A DNA stretch of 64,000 nucleotides from Isurus oxyrinchus (lineage: Eukaryota). The notes under the pieces are model-generated. The model was not told the DNA's origin. It was given only the letters and a program-made list of their open reading frames with translations, and ran no database searches. How positions within the stretch are numbered: the first letter of the stretch is position 1; the number at the start of each line of letters is the position of its first letter. The stretch is from contig JANJGN010000001.1 of assembly GCA_026770705.1 (NCBI GenBank), positions 21,328,001 through 21,392,000 of the forward strand, given 5' to 3'. A program made the position numbers and the translations under genes. Below, piece after piece: positions 24,220 to 36,772 of the stretch.

Positions 24220-24879
24220 TTGCTGAATTTTCCTGCTTGGGTTGTGATCCCAATGTTGACCTCCATTCTGGGTAGGAACCAGGAAGTGGCCATAGTGGAA
24301 CATTGGTCGCAATCTTCCAGGAGGCAGCCAGTTAAGAAGACGTCTCTGGGAACCTTGTCCAATTAATGACAGCAGGCGGACCAGAGAAACAGGAGGCTCA
24401 ATCTATACAGAGGGCCTGCAGTGATGCCTGGTCGGCAGCCCCAGTGGCAAAGGTGGGTGCTGCTGAGGCAGTCGGATAACTGCAAGGGTGCCTCAAAATG
24501 GAACAGTTTTCTGCAACATCCCTCCACAGGATGGCTTGCAGACATGGCCATGGCCATCACATTCCAGTGGACCTGTGCTGAGGTAACTAAGTAAGACCCA
24601 ACCTTGAGGCTGCTACTGGTTAGGCTGCCTCCAAGCTGCCATTGGCCACCTTACTCTGTGGGGTGCCAAGCTGATGCTGAGAGGGTCCCTGTGGTTTCCT
24701 CCTGCCCTCCATGGCCCTTAATTGGCCTAATTGGCAACCTCCTGGTGCCGGCATGTAGCTGATGCTGCAGTGACCCATGTCTGGAAAAAGCGCTTGGAGC
24801 ATTGGTTCTCCAACCGGATGGGCCACTTTTAGAACTTGCTTCCAGCGCCACTTCCATGGGGCTAGGAAAATTCAGGCCT
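24220..24879. mobile_element. Non-autonomous Harbinger-like MITE
   Basis: TIRs gctgaattttcc / ggaaaattcaggcc. Confidence 0.65.
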
Positions 24880-24999
24880 TTGTTTCACTTGTGTAAGCCT
24901 TTTCTATTAGCTTGATATGGTCTTTTAGAATCAGACAAACTTATTGTACAGGAGGACATTTGCCTGTGTTGGATATTTGAAGGAGCAATTGTATTTAGT

Positions 25000-25600
25000 T
25001 CCAAACCACAGCTTTTTGACAATACATTGTAAGTTCCCCATCCTTACGTACTTGTCCAATGGTTTTAAATACACAACTCTGGTTATGGGCCCACTCACCA
25101 CAAGGAACAGTTTTTCACATCAGTTTAATCAAAACCTCTCATTCTTTTGAAAATCTCTGAGGTCACCTCATAGCCTTCCCTTTTCTGAGGAAAATAATCC
25201 TAACTTTCTCAACTCTCTTCATAACTGAAGTCCCTCATCCCTATTAACATTCTGGTAAATCTCTTCTGTACACTTTCTAAGGCCTTTACATCTCTCCTAA
25301 AATATGATGCCCAGAATTGTCCACAATACTCCAGCAAAGGCCTAACCAATGATTTATAAATTTCTAGCCAGATCTCTTAGCGTTTATATTCTATGCCTCT
25401 ATTTATAAATCCAAGTAATCCATACGCTTTCTTAACCACTTTAGCAACTTGTCATAACACCTTTAAGGATTTGTGCATATGGACACCAAAGTCTTTCTGC
25501 TCATTATACTTTTCAAAATCATGCCATTTATAGTATACAGTCTTTACACATTAATCACCCAAAGTGCATGACTTCACATTTCTCTTACCACATTTGAACT
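25000..25600 (-). mobile_element. Old CR1 3' fragment
   Basis: Reverse match to the CR1 3' region (..ccagaattgtccacaatactccagc..ggcctaacc..). Confidence 0.7.
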
Positions 25601-27102
25601 CAATTTTTCTTCTGTACTCCTGTTGTTCCTATCTAGCAGCATTTCCCAATCATCCCTCCAAAATCCTCTCATATTCCTAAAAAATTATTTGATTAGTACA
25701 TAAAATATTGATATATAATTTGTAAATAGCAAATGTTTTATATAAGGTCTTCAATATAGACATAATAGTTTCACGAATGTTATATTTGTGTGAGTTTGTT
25801 TATATAGTGGGAGAAAGGTAATGTTATTTGTATTGGGGGCAGTGTCGCAGTCAGTGAATCAAGAGGCAGGAAGTTGGGTGTAAGGGTAACTTCACTAATC
25901 CTGTGGGAATCATGCTTGACAATAATGTGTGCCAGAGAATTAATTGTGAACCTATCTTCCACTTGTACTCCCTTTATGTGCAGTTTTATGGGCATATGAG
26001 TATTGGAGGGTATGACTGGGAGCACAGGTGTGCTGAGTGGTAATGTTGACATAGTCTGGCTTTAGCAGTGTTGAGAAGGAATAAGCCCAACAGTGTATGC
26101 ATTGCAAATTTACAGGGCTGTTGATTGCTGTGATGCCACCAGTGAGATTTGCTGCTGACTGGTTCGACAACACCATACCTTTTAGCACTTTTAACTTAAT
26201 AAAACATCCTAAAGCACTTTACAGAGACAGGTAGTACGTTTTATGAAAACGTTTAAAGGAAAAAGAGGTAGCAAGGCTGCGAAGCCTAGGGAGAGTATCT
26301 GGATGCTCAGCTGTTGAGGATGGCAAAGGAGTGAGATTGCAAAGACAAATCAGAACATATGGCCAAAGAAAATTGAAAAGATAGGGAGGGTTGAAACCAA
26401 AAGACGATAAATAAAACAATTTTTAGCTCATTGACAGGAATGTGGTAGAAGCTAGGGGACAGTTAGAAGATGAGGGGAGGCCAGGTGATGGGTCTAATGC
26501 CCGACAGGTGCCAATACTCCCATCACATCTCCAGAGCTAAGGGGGCCAGAAGTCAGAGGAATGGATACAAGATGTGGAAGTAGTGAGAAGTGGCAGCTTA
26601 GGTCGGGGAGGAGGATCTGGTCAGGGCAGATCGGGGGCAGGGGCGAGAATTTCTTAATAAAATTCTGTCACCAGGGATTAGGGAAAATTCTATTCCTTAA
26701 CATAAATACTGTCAGTATATGAATTTAACAACACACAACAAAGGCAGATATGCATAAATCAGCCAAAATTATTTAAAAGAGATAAAAAGTCTTTGAAAGA
26801 AGAAAAATCAATTAACTACATTTTTGAGAGGAAACCTTACCACATTATAGAGCTGCGGTATAATTAACCCGGATCAGGTAGTACTAATATTAAACTAACC
26901 TCCTGCTGAGCTTGGCTCACATTACCCTCAGTTGACCTGACGTTGGGCTTGGTCTACACATGGAAGTGAGGTAGCAGAACCGGGAGGAAGCGACTGCTCA
27001 TGGTTGACTGATCCCAATCCTCACGCATGTTGTTTCTTTGGTAGCTCCATTTATCAACTGCGTTCATACACATTATATATATTCTTGTAGTTTTGTAATA
27101 AA

Positions 27103-27150
27103 ATGACTTCAAAGAGGAGCGAAGGCGAATGGCAGGGGCTGGTAAACGAG
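27103..27150 (+). CDS. ccdc149: CCDC149 coding exon 1 (MTSKRSEGEWQGLVNE)
   Basis: ATG at 27103, 16 codons, phase-0 donor GAG|gtgagt at 27151. The peptide resembles the vertebrate CCDC149 N-terminus (..ESDWQGLVSE, from memory) and joins in frame to the exon at 46067. Confidence 0.9.
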
Positions 27151-27495
27151 GTGAGTTTTCTTTAAATGAATCAATATAAGGAAATGTCATCCAGCCAATT
27201 GCGGGATTATGTTTACTTGTTCTGACAGGACAGTCTGCCAGTTAGAGCGTTAATGAATAGACGTGATTAAGTGTAAAATCTAGACTTTAATCCAGAACCC
27301 ACAGCAACCGATAAGGCTGTGGCTTTACTTCCTGTCACTGGTGCTGGGAGCCACGGATCACAGCCACATCTGAGCGTGAAGCTGCGGCACTTTGTGCGCC
27401 TGAGCTTGGAGCTGCCGCAGCTCGTGCAGCTGAGCATGAGCATCTCCGGGCCGCGTTCCCGGATCCGGCTCTGATGCTCCACGTCAGGATTCCTG

Positions 27496-27520
27496 ATGCA
27501 GCCAGTACGCATGGGCACAG
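27496..27520 (+). CDS. Candidate coding end of an alternative first exon (1b) of ccdc149 (MQPVRMGT)
   Basis: End of a CpG-rich segment (about 27330-27520) with donor CAG|gtagaa; phase 1 fits the candidate exon at 44623. Confidence 0.35.
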
Positions 27521-27954
27521 GTAGAAGATGGGATAATATCCCACTTCTGCATTATCAATTGCATAATTTATCCAAACACCCGACACATATCATTGAGACG
27601 GTCAGCGCCAACATCATGGGCAGACAGTGTAAATTTCAGGAGCTGTATTTATTATTATTTTGTGAAAACAACAACAAAATAAGTTGTCTGAAAGATCAAA
27701 CCATTGTCAGGACTGCTTGATTTCTTTCCCAACTCTTGTCCTCCTGCTGACATGGGGAAAATGTTTGTTCTCCCTCAATTAGTACCAGACTTTGTCAGTG
27801 TAGCAACCGTCATCATTTTTCACTGAGACAACACCAGAAGCATGAACGAGATGTATTGGGGAGAGGGAAGTCCTTGAGGACTAATTGTTTGTTGATGATG
27901 AAAGTGTTTAGAAAATCTTAAATATCACAAGCCATCTGATTGAACAGCAGAATA

Positions 27955-28037
27955 GGCTCCAACTGAGTAGTGATTAAGGGGATGGATTTGAAATCAGTTG
28001 GGTTTTCCTCATGCAATTTTGAATCCTGTAGTCTATG
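27955..28037 (+). pseudogene. Degenerate tRNA-Ser(UGA)-like pseudogene
   Basis: gattaaggggatggatttgaaatcagttgggttttcctcatgcaattttgaatcctgtagtctatg aligns by eye with vertebrate tRNA-Ser-TGA, including the long variable arm, but the stems and B box are damaged. Confidence 0.65.
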
Positions 28038-28049
28038 CTTATTATTAGA

Positions 28050-28900
28050 AGTGTGAGGTGATATACTTTGGTACAAAGAACATGGAGAGAGAGTATAAAA
28101 TAAAATATACTATTCTAAAGGGTATGCAGGAGCAGAGAGACATGGGTGTATATGTACGTAAGTCATCAAAGGTGGCAGGACAGGCAGAGAGAGAGAGCTG
28201 TTTCTAAAGCATACGGTATCTAGGCTTCATTAATAGGGGCATAGAGTACAAGAACAGGGAGGTTATGATGAACTTATGTAAGACACTGGTTATACCTCAG
28301 CTGGAATATTGTGTTTAATTCTGGGCGCCACACTATAGGAAGGATGTGAAAGTATTGGAGAGAGTGCAGAAGAGGTTTACGCGAATGGTTCCAGGGATGA
28401 GACACTTCAGTTCACAGAATCACAGAAACACACAGTGCAGTAGAGGCCCTTCGGCCCATCAAGTCTGCACCGACAGATTGAGGAAAGATTGGAGAAGTCG
28501 GGACTGTTTTCCTTGGAGAGGAGACTTGATAGAAGTTTTCAAAATCATGAGGTGTCTGGACAAAATAGTTGGGAGAAACTGTTCCTGCTCATAAATGAAC
28601 CGAGAACCAGAGAGCACAGTTTTAAAGTGTTTTGCAAAAGAAACAAACGCGCGGTGAGAAAAACCTTTTTCATACAGTAAGTAGTTGGGGTTTGGAATGT
28701 ACTGCCTGGAAATGTGGTGGAGGCAGGTTCAATTGAGGCATTCAAGAGGGCATTGGATCATTATTTAAATAGAAACAATGTGCCGTGTTGCGGGGTAAAA
28801 GGCAGGAAATTGGCACGAAGTTAAAATGCTCAGTGAACCAGTGCAGACACAGTGGGCTGAATGGCCTCCTTCTACACCATAACAATTCTATGATTCTGTG
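28050..28900 (+). mobile_element. CR1 3' end with a short inverted CR1 tail inserted at about 28411-28475
   Basis: VKVLERVQKRFTRMVPGMR; tail gggctgaatggcctccttct..attctatgattct. Confidence 0.88.
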
Positions 28901-29557
28901 GGGGTGAATGTCTATTCTTGTTCCTATGCTACTGTGAAGAAATGAATTTTCAAAGCCAGACTTTTAACAAATTGTCCAAATTTAAAGCTTAGAGTTTCCA
29001 GCTGTTTGCTCAAACACTGAATTCTTGCGTCTAAAATCAGAAAGAGTTGAAGCCAGTCTCAAAGCGTTATAAAATGGTTTTACAAGAGCTGAAAAACACA
29101 TGTAATGCAGTTCATCCATGTTGCTATGAACCTAGAATTTGTAAATAAGGTGTGTTAAAAACATGGTTTCACTTGTGCCAGCTGGCCACACATTGGGTCA
29201 AGGTTTTCTCTTTGTTATAGAATTGTAACTTTTTATAAATATGGTTGAGCTCATTTCACATAATGCAGGGAGGATATATCCTTCTACTTGTTGGTCTTGG
29301 GTTTTTCAATGAAACTTTGAAAAGTGTCATACATGCATGGGCATATCACATTGCTTCATATTAGTGATGCTCCATTAATCCTTAATTCACTATGCCGAAG
29401 TTTTTTCCCAAACCAACTTGTCTTTCTACCTCTCACTCTGCCTTCCTTCAGAATCTCATTGTGCATTCAGTCGGCCTTTATGTTGCATTTTCCATCTCTG
29501 AATTACTGGTTATCATAATTTTTAAACTATAGAGGCCTGTACCTTAGATTAAGAGAC

Positions 29558-32140
29558 TGGGGGAGGTGAAGGCTTAGTGGTATTGTCGCTGGACTAGTTA
29601 TCCAGAGATCCAGGTTAATGCTCTGGGAACCCGGGTTTGAATCCCGCTACGACAGATGGTGGAATCTGAATTCAATATAAATCTGGAATTGAAAGTTTAA
29701 TGATGACCACGAAACCATTGTCGATTGTTGTAAAAACCCATCACTAATGCCCTTTAGGGAAGGAAATCTGTCGTCCTCACTTGGTGTGGCCCACATGCGA
29801 CTCCCATAGCAATGTGGACGACTCTGAAGTGGCCTAGCAAGCCATTCACTTGTAACAAACCACTACAAACCGACAAAAAAGGAATGAAACCGGACGGACC
29901 ACCTGGCATCGACCTAGACACGGGAAATAACAATGGCAATCTCAGCCCTGTCGACCCCGCAGCACCAGGCATACCGAAACATGAGGTGTCAACTTGGTGA
30001 AGCTATAACACAAGACTACTTGCGTGCCAAATGGCATAAGCAGCAAGTGATAGACAGGCTAAGGGATCCCACAACCTATGAATCAGATGCAAGCTGATCA
30101 GATTTGAAGGGGATTCAAGATTGCCCCTTGAATCACTGAACCCCCCACTATCAACATCCTGGGGGTTACTATTGACCAGAAACTGAACTGAATTAGCCAT
30201 ATAAATACTGTGGCTACAAGAGCAGGTCAAAGACTAGGAACCCTGTGACGAGTTACTCACCTCCTGACTCCCCAAAGCCTGTCCACCAACTATAAGGTAC
30301 AAGTCAGGAGTGTGATGGAATACTCTCCACTTTCCTATATGAGTGCAGCTCCCACAATACTCAAGAAGCTTGACCCTTCCAGGACAAATCCAATCGTGAA
30401 TGGTGGTGGACAATTAAAAAATTCACTAGAGGATCTCCACAAATATCCCCATCCTCAATAATGGAGGAGCCTAGCACATCAGTGCAAAAGATAAGGTATT
30501 TGCTATAATCTTCAGCCAGAAGTGCTGAGTGGATGATCCATCTTGGCCTCCTCCTCCAAAGGTTCTCAGCATCACAGCATCACTCCATGTGATATCAAAA
30601 AACGGCTGTTTAGTGCAAAGGCTATGGGCCCTGACAATATTCTGGCAATAGTATTGAAGACTTGTGCTCCAGAACTTGCTGCACCCCTGTTCCAGTACAG
30701 CTAAAATGCTGCATCCACCTGGCTATGTGGAAAATTGGCCAGGTATGTCCTGTCCATAAAAAGCAGGACAAGTCCAATCCAGCTAATTACCACTCCATCA
30801 GTCTACTCTTGATCATCAGTAAAGTAATGGAAGGGATCATCAACACTGCTATCAAGTTGTAATAACCTGTTCACTGACACCCAGTTTGGGTTCCGCCAGG
30901 GCCACTCAGCTCCTGACTTCATTACAGCCTTGGTTCAAACATGGACAAAAGAGTTGAACTCCGAGGTGAGGTGAGAGTGTCTGCCCTTGACATCAAGGCT
31001 GCATTTGACTGAGTGTGGCATCAAGTAGCCCAACAAAACTGGAGTCAATGGGAATAAGGGGGAAAATTCTCGGCTGGTTGGAGTCATACCTAGCACAAAG
31101 GAAGATGATTGTGGTTGTTGGAGGTTAGTCATCTCAGCTCCAGGACATCACTGCAGGAATTCCTCAGGGTAGTGTCCTCGGCCCAATCATCTTCAGCTGC
31201 TTCATCAATGACCTTCCTTTCGTCATAAGGTCAGATGTGGGGATGTTCACAGGTGATTGCACAATGTTCAGCACCATTCACAACTCCTCAGATACTGAAG
31301 CAGTCCATGTCCAAATGCAGCAAGACTTGGACAATATTCAGGCTTGGACTGACAAGGTGGCAAGTAACATTCATGCCAGACAAGTGTCAGGCAATGATCA
31401 TCTCTGACAAGAGAGATTTGAAGGGAATTCAAGATTGCCCCTTGAATTACTGAACCCCCCACTATCAACATCCTGGGGGTTACTATTGACCAGAAACTGA
31501 ACTGAATTAGCCATATAAATACTGTGGCTACAAGAGCAGGTCAGAGACTAGGAACCCTGTGATGAGTTACTCACCTCCTGACTCCCCAAAGCCTGTCCAC
31601 CAACTACAAGGTACAAGTCAGGAGTGTGATGGAATACTCTCCACTTTGCTATATGAGTGCAGCTCCTCCAATACTCAAAAAGCTTGACACCTTCCAAGAC
31701 AAAACAATTGGCTTGATTGGCACCACATCCACAAACATTTGCTCCCTCCACCACCAATGCACAATAGCAGTAATGTGTACCATCCACAAGATGCACTGCA
31801 GGAATTCACAAAGGCTCCTTAGACAGCACCTTTCAAAGCCATGACCCCTACCACCTAGAAGGACAAGGGCAGCAGATAAATGGGATCACCACCACCTGGA
31901 AATTCGCCTCCACGTCACTCACCATCCTGACTTGGAAATATTATCACCATTCCTTCACTGTCGCTGTGTCAAAATCCTGGAACTCCCTTCCTAACAGCAC
32001 TGTGGTCTACCCACACCACATGGACTGCAGCGGTTCAAGAAGGCAGCTCACCACCAGCTTCTCAAGGGCAACTTGGGATGGGGAATAAGTGCTAGCCCAG
32101 CCAGTGAAGCCCACATCCCATGAATAAATGAATAAAAAAA
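29558..32140 (+). mobile_element. Family A LINE, internally deleted, with tRNA-like 5' head and intact 3' tail
   Basis: Head ggcttagtggta..ccgggtttgaatccc; RT motifs WKIGQVCPVHKKQDKSNPANY; tail catgaataaatgaataaaaaaa. Confidence 0.85.
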
Positions 32141-32348
32141 TACTAGAGCAGCCCCTGGTATGAGTTAAGAATCCTGCATAATTTATGCTAATCAGTAAAC
32201 AAGTGAATCCACATAACTTATGAGAGATAACCACCATCGAATTGTACTGGTTTCTTCTGAAATAAATGTGTTTCTGTGGGATACATGGTTTATTTTTGTG
32301 TTATTAAATAAAAATGAGGTATACATGCACAATAGTGATGGAATCTTA

Positions 32349-33375
32349 AACAAAAACAAAAATACCTGGAAAAACTCAGCAGGTCTGGCAGCATCTGCGG
32401 AGAGGAACACAGTTAACATTTCGAGTCTGTATGACTCTTCAACAGAACTAAGTAAAAATAGAAAAGAGGTGAAATATAAGCTGGTTTAAGGGGGGTGTGG
32501 GACAAGTGGAGCTGGATAGAGGGCCAGTGATAGGTGGAGATTACCACAAGATGTCATAGTCAAAAGGACAAAGAAGTGTTGAAGGTGGTGATATTATCTA
32601 AGGAATGTGCTAATTGGTGACATTAAGGGTAGGAAGCAGGACAAGCGAGGTACAGATAGCCCTATTGGGGGTGGGGTGGGGGGAAGTGATCGAGATAGGC
32701 CAAAAAGTAGAGATAAAACAATGGTTGGAAATACATTTAAAAATAATGGAAATAGGTGGGAAAAGAAAAATCTATATAAATTATTGGAAAAAAAGGGGGA
32801 TCGGAAAGGGGATGGGGATGGAGGAGAGAGTTCATGATCTAAAATTGTTGAATTCAATATTCAGTCCGGAAGGCTGTAAAGTGCCTAGTTGGAAGATGAG
32901 GTGCTGTTCCTCCAGCTTGCGTTGAGCTTCACTGGAACAATGCAGCAGGCCAAGGACAGACATGTGGGCATGAGAGCAGGGTGGAGTGTTGAAATGGCAA
33001 ACAACAGGGAGGTCTGGGTCATGCTTGCGGACGGACCAAAGGTGTTCTGCAAAGTGGTCACCCAGTCTGCGTTTGGTCTTTCCAAAGTAGAGGAAACTGC
33101 ATTGGGAGCAACAAATGCAGTAGACTAAATTGAGGGAAGTGCAAGTGAAATGCTGATTCACTTGAAAGGAGTGTTTGGGTCCAGCCCATCTCCCGCGCAT
33201 CCGCCCTTACACCTTCCTCTCCCTCCCAGAACCATGATAGGGTCCCCTTTGTCCTCACTTATCACCCCACCAGCCTCCACATTCAAAGGATCATCCTCCA
33301 TCATTTCCGTCAACTCCAGCATGATGCCACCACCAAACACATCTTCCCTTCACCACCATCACCACCGCCCCCCGC
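32349..33375 (-). mobile_element. Penelope-like element: GIY-YIG domain plus tail on -, with an inverted upstream piece at about 33180-33375
   Basis: ORF 32832-33200: FTCTSLNLVYCICCSQCSFLYFGKTKRRLGDHFAEH..LEEQHLIFQLGTLQPSGLN. Confidence 0.92.
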
Positions 33376-33890
33376 CAAGGTTCACCAGACTAATACCTCG
33401 AATAGGTGGGTTGTCTTATGAGGAAAAGCTGGACAGACTAAGCTTGTACCTACTGGAGTTTAGAAGAGAGAGAGGGGACTTGATTGAAACATATGAGATC
33501 CTGAGGGGTCTTGATAGGGTGGATGTGGAGAAGACGTTTCCTCTTGTGGGAGAATCTAGAACTAGGGGTCACTGTTTAAAAATAAGGGGTCACCCTTTAA
33601 AAATAAGGGGCCGCCCAATTAAAACAGAGATGAGATGAATTTTTTTCACTCAGAGGGTTGAGTGTCTTTGGAACTGTCTTTCTGAAAAGGCGGTGGAAGC
33701 AGTCTTTGAATATTTTAAGGCAGAGGTGGATAGATTCTTGGATTCTTGGTAAGTAAGATAGGTTATCGGGGATAGGTGGAATGCAGATTTCAGGTTACTA
33801 TCAGATCAGCCATGATCTTATTAAATGGCAGAGCAGGCTTGAGGGGCTGAATGGCCTACTCCTGCTCCATGTTTGCATGTTCCTATGTAA
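33376..33890 (+). mobile_element. CR1 3' end
   Basis: RFTRLIP..LSYEEKLDRLSLYLLEFRRERGDLIETY..TRGH. Confidence 0.9.
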
Positions 33891-33899
33891 ATATAAATA

Positions 33900-35150
33900 T
33901 TTAATTGCATATAAAGCAAAAACAGGAATCTATGTCAGATGCTGCAAGTCCAATACTGCAGAAAGCCAAGAGGAATATAGGAAGTGCAATTGTGAAATTA
34001 AAAAGGAAATTAGGAATGTAAAGAGAGCACATGAAAAGACATTGGCAAGTAAAATCAAGGGAAACCTAAACATGTTTTATAAATAAATAAAGAGCAAAAG
34101 GATAACTAAGGAAAAGTTAGGGCCAATTAGTGACCAGAAAGGAAACCTAATGTGGAGACCTAAGATGTGGGCACAAAGCAGGTGGGAATTCACACAGATG
34201 TTAAAGTTAAGGAGGAGGAATATAGCTGCAGGAAGATATAAATGAACTCCTCAGATGTGCAGAAAAGTGACAAATGAAATTCAATCCATAGAAGGATGCT
34301 TTTGGGGAGGGCAAACAGAGTTGGGGAAAACAAAATAAATGGTAGGATTCTGAAAAGTGTTGAGGAACAGAACCTTGGAGTGCATGTCCATTATGTAGCA
34401 AGACAGACGGATATGTGGTCAAGAAAGCAAACAGGGCACTTTCCTTTATTGGCCGAGGCCTGGAGCAAAGAGGTTATACTAGAACTATATAAAACACCAA
34501 GAAGTTCTGATGAAAGTTCATTGACCTGAAATATTAATATTGTTTCTCTCCACAGATGCTGCCTGGCTTGCTCAGTATTTCCAGCATTTTTTGTTTTCAT
34601 TTCAGATTTCCAGCATCTGCAATATGTTACTTGTGTATAAAACACTAGTTAGACCACAGTTGGAGTGCTGAGTACAGTTCGGATCACTGCATTATAAGGA
34701 TTTGATTGCACTAGAATGTGTTCAGGGGAGATTTATGAGGATTTTGACAGAATTAGAGAATTTTAACTGAGGGAAGAATAGGTACACTAGGGTTGTTTTC
34801 TTTAGAACAGAGAAGGTTAATTGAAGTGTAATAAAATTATGAAGGGTCTAGGTAAGCTCTTCCTATCCATTCTATGTCCATTAGAAGAGAGGTCAATATT
34901 AGGGGATATAGATTTAAAATAATTCATAGAGAGAGTAGAGAGGAGTTGAGATGTAATTTTTTTTCACCTACAGGGTTGTGGGAATCTGAAACTTACTCCC
35001 TGAAATCCTCATCATACTTGGATATGGACCTGAGGTGCCCTAACCTAAAGGCTACAGACCAAGACCTGGAAGGTGGGAAAAGGCCAGATAACTTTTTTTT
35101 GGCCAGCACAGATACAATGAGTCAAATGATCTGCTGTGCATAAATGTTTC
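33900..35150 (+). mobile_element. Old CR1 fragments with a Penelope tail nested at about 34500-34625
   Basis: HEKTLASKIKGNLNMFYK; CR1 sequence resumes after the insert with a repeated tataaaacac. Confidence 0.7.
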
Positions 35151-35587
35151 TATGCATAACTAATATTTATACAGAAAATAATATTTGTGTTGTGCGACAG
35201 GGACTATGTGGATTTTTTATATAACACAGGAGGGGGTGGAAGGCGGGATCTCAGAAGCAAAAAACGGTTGAGAGTCTCTGCACTCATCACCGTTGTAGGT
35301 AACAACTAATAAGTTGGGGAAGATCTGTGCATGACGTGGTGGGGCATGAATTTTATTTTGCAGATGATTTCATTATGATTGCTTGTTAGCATTTTTAAAA
35401 TTAAGTTTTATATTTCATTGAAGTTATTCTGGTTCAGGGTGACAGGTGTTTAAGTTTAAATAAGATCCTGATCTGTGTTGACTAATGGTTGCTGACACGA
35501 TGAGTGCGTGGCTTGCTCTTTTCCCCAGTTACTGATGGCTTGTGAAAATGGTTCCAATTGGGTTACCTCGTATACATGAAATAAATT

Positions 35588-36062
35588 CCATATTTACAAA
35601 ACGTGGGATAGGAACATGAGAACATGAGGAGGCCAATTAGCCCCTTGATGCAGTTCCACCATTCGGTGAGATCATGCCTGATCGGTGACCTACCTCCATA
35701 TACCCACCTTTGCTTCATATTCCACAATATCTTTAATTTACAAAAATCTGTCTGTTTCAGAATTAAAATTAATGATCGATTGAGCATAAATCACTGTTTG
35801 CAGAAGAAAGTTCCAAACTTCTACCACCCTTTATGTGTAAAAGTGTTTTCTAATTTCACTCGTGAAACGTTTGGCTCTAATTTTTAAACTACGTCCCCTG
35901 AATCCTAGACTCCCCAACCAGCAAAAATAGTTTCTCTATCTACCTTATCTATTCCCTTAATATCTTGAAAACATCAATCAAATTGTTACTAACTTTCAAA
36001 ATTCCAGGGAATACAATCCTAATTTGTAATCTCTCCTTGTAATTTAACCCTTGGAGTTCAGG
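35588..36062 (-). mobile_element. CR1 3' fragment
   Basis: Reverse-complement CR1 tail (aggaacatgagaac..gaggccaattagcccc). Confidence 0.75.
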
Positions 36063-36236
36063 GATCAATCTATTGTTATCAGAAACTATTAATCATTTTG
36101 CATCATTAGCTTCAGTATGTTTCCTTAGTTAAACTTTAGTTGGTGCAGTAACTTTTAGTGATTGAGAGTAACCTAAAATAGTCATGTGACAAACAAGTGA
36201 TTCCATGGGTTCATGCCGAGGAGGAGCTGTGCAGTG

Positions 36237-36340
36237 AGTTGAAGAGTCATGCGGACTCGAAACGTTAACTGTGTTCCTCTCCGCAGATCCTGCCAGACCT
36301 ACTGAGTTTTTCCAAGTATTTTTAGTTTTATTTTTGTTTC
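36237..36340 (+). mobile_element. Penelope tail fragment
   Basis: Matches 7240-7338. Confidence 0.8.
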
Positions 36341-36432
36341 TCATTGCTCCTTCCTGGATCATTAGTTATATGTTTACTCAGTTACTTGGTGTATACTTTC
36401 CAGGCACCATCATTTAAAGGAATAGCATTGCT

Positions 36433-36772
36433 TTTTTAATTCATTCATGGGATATGGGCTTTGCTGGCTAGGCCAGGATTTATGGCCCATCTGTAGTTGC
36501 CCTCAAGAAGATGGTGGTGAGCTGCTGCTAGGCCATTCCAGAGTCAACCACACGTGGGTCTGGAAAGGTAAGGATGACAGAGTTCCTTCCCTAAAAAGCA
36601 ATAGTGAACCAGATGGGTTTTTACAACAACATGGTTATCATTAGACTTTTAATTCCAGATTTTTATTGAATTCAAACATCTGCTGTGGTGGGATTTGAAT
36701 CCAGGTTCCCAGAGCATTACCCTGGGTCTCTGGATTACTAGTCCAGTGACAATGCCAAACACCATTGCCCCC
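36433..36772 (-). mobile_element. tRNA-headed SINE sharing head and tail with the family A LINE
   Basis: Reverse complement of the head at about 29560-29820 joined to the family A 3' tail. Confidence 0.8.

Larger units (their letters stand above)
26850..27620. promoter_or_regulatory. CpG-enriched promoter/first-exon region of ccdc149, possibly bidirectional
   Basis: Visible CpG enrichment in non-repeat sequence around exon 1. Minus-strand donor-like sites at 26900 (GAG|gttagt) and 26926 (AGG|gtaatg). Confidence 0.6.

Noticed and set aside
26954-27190. 78-aa minus ORF over the promoter
   Set aside because: Antisense to ccdc149 exon 1, no homology, and it stops before the donor-like sites.
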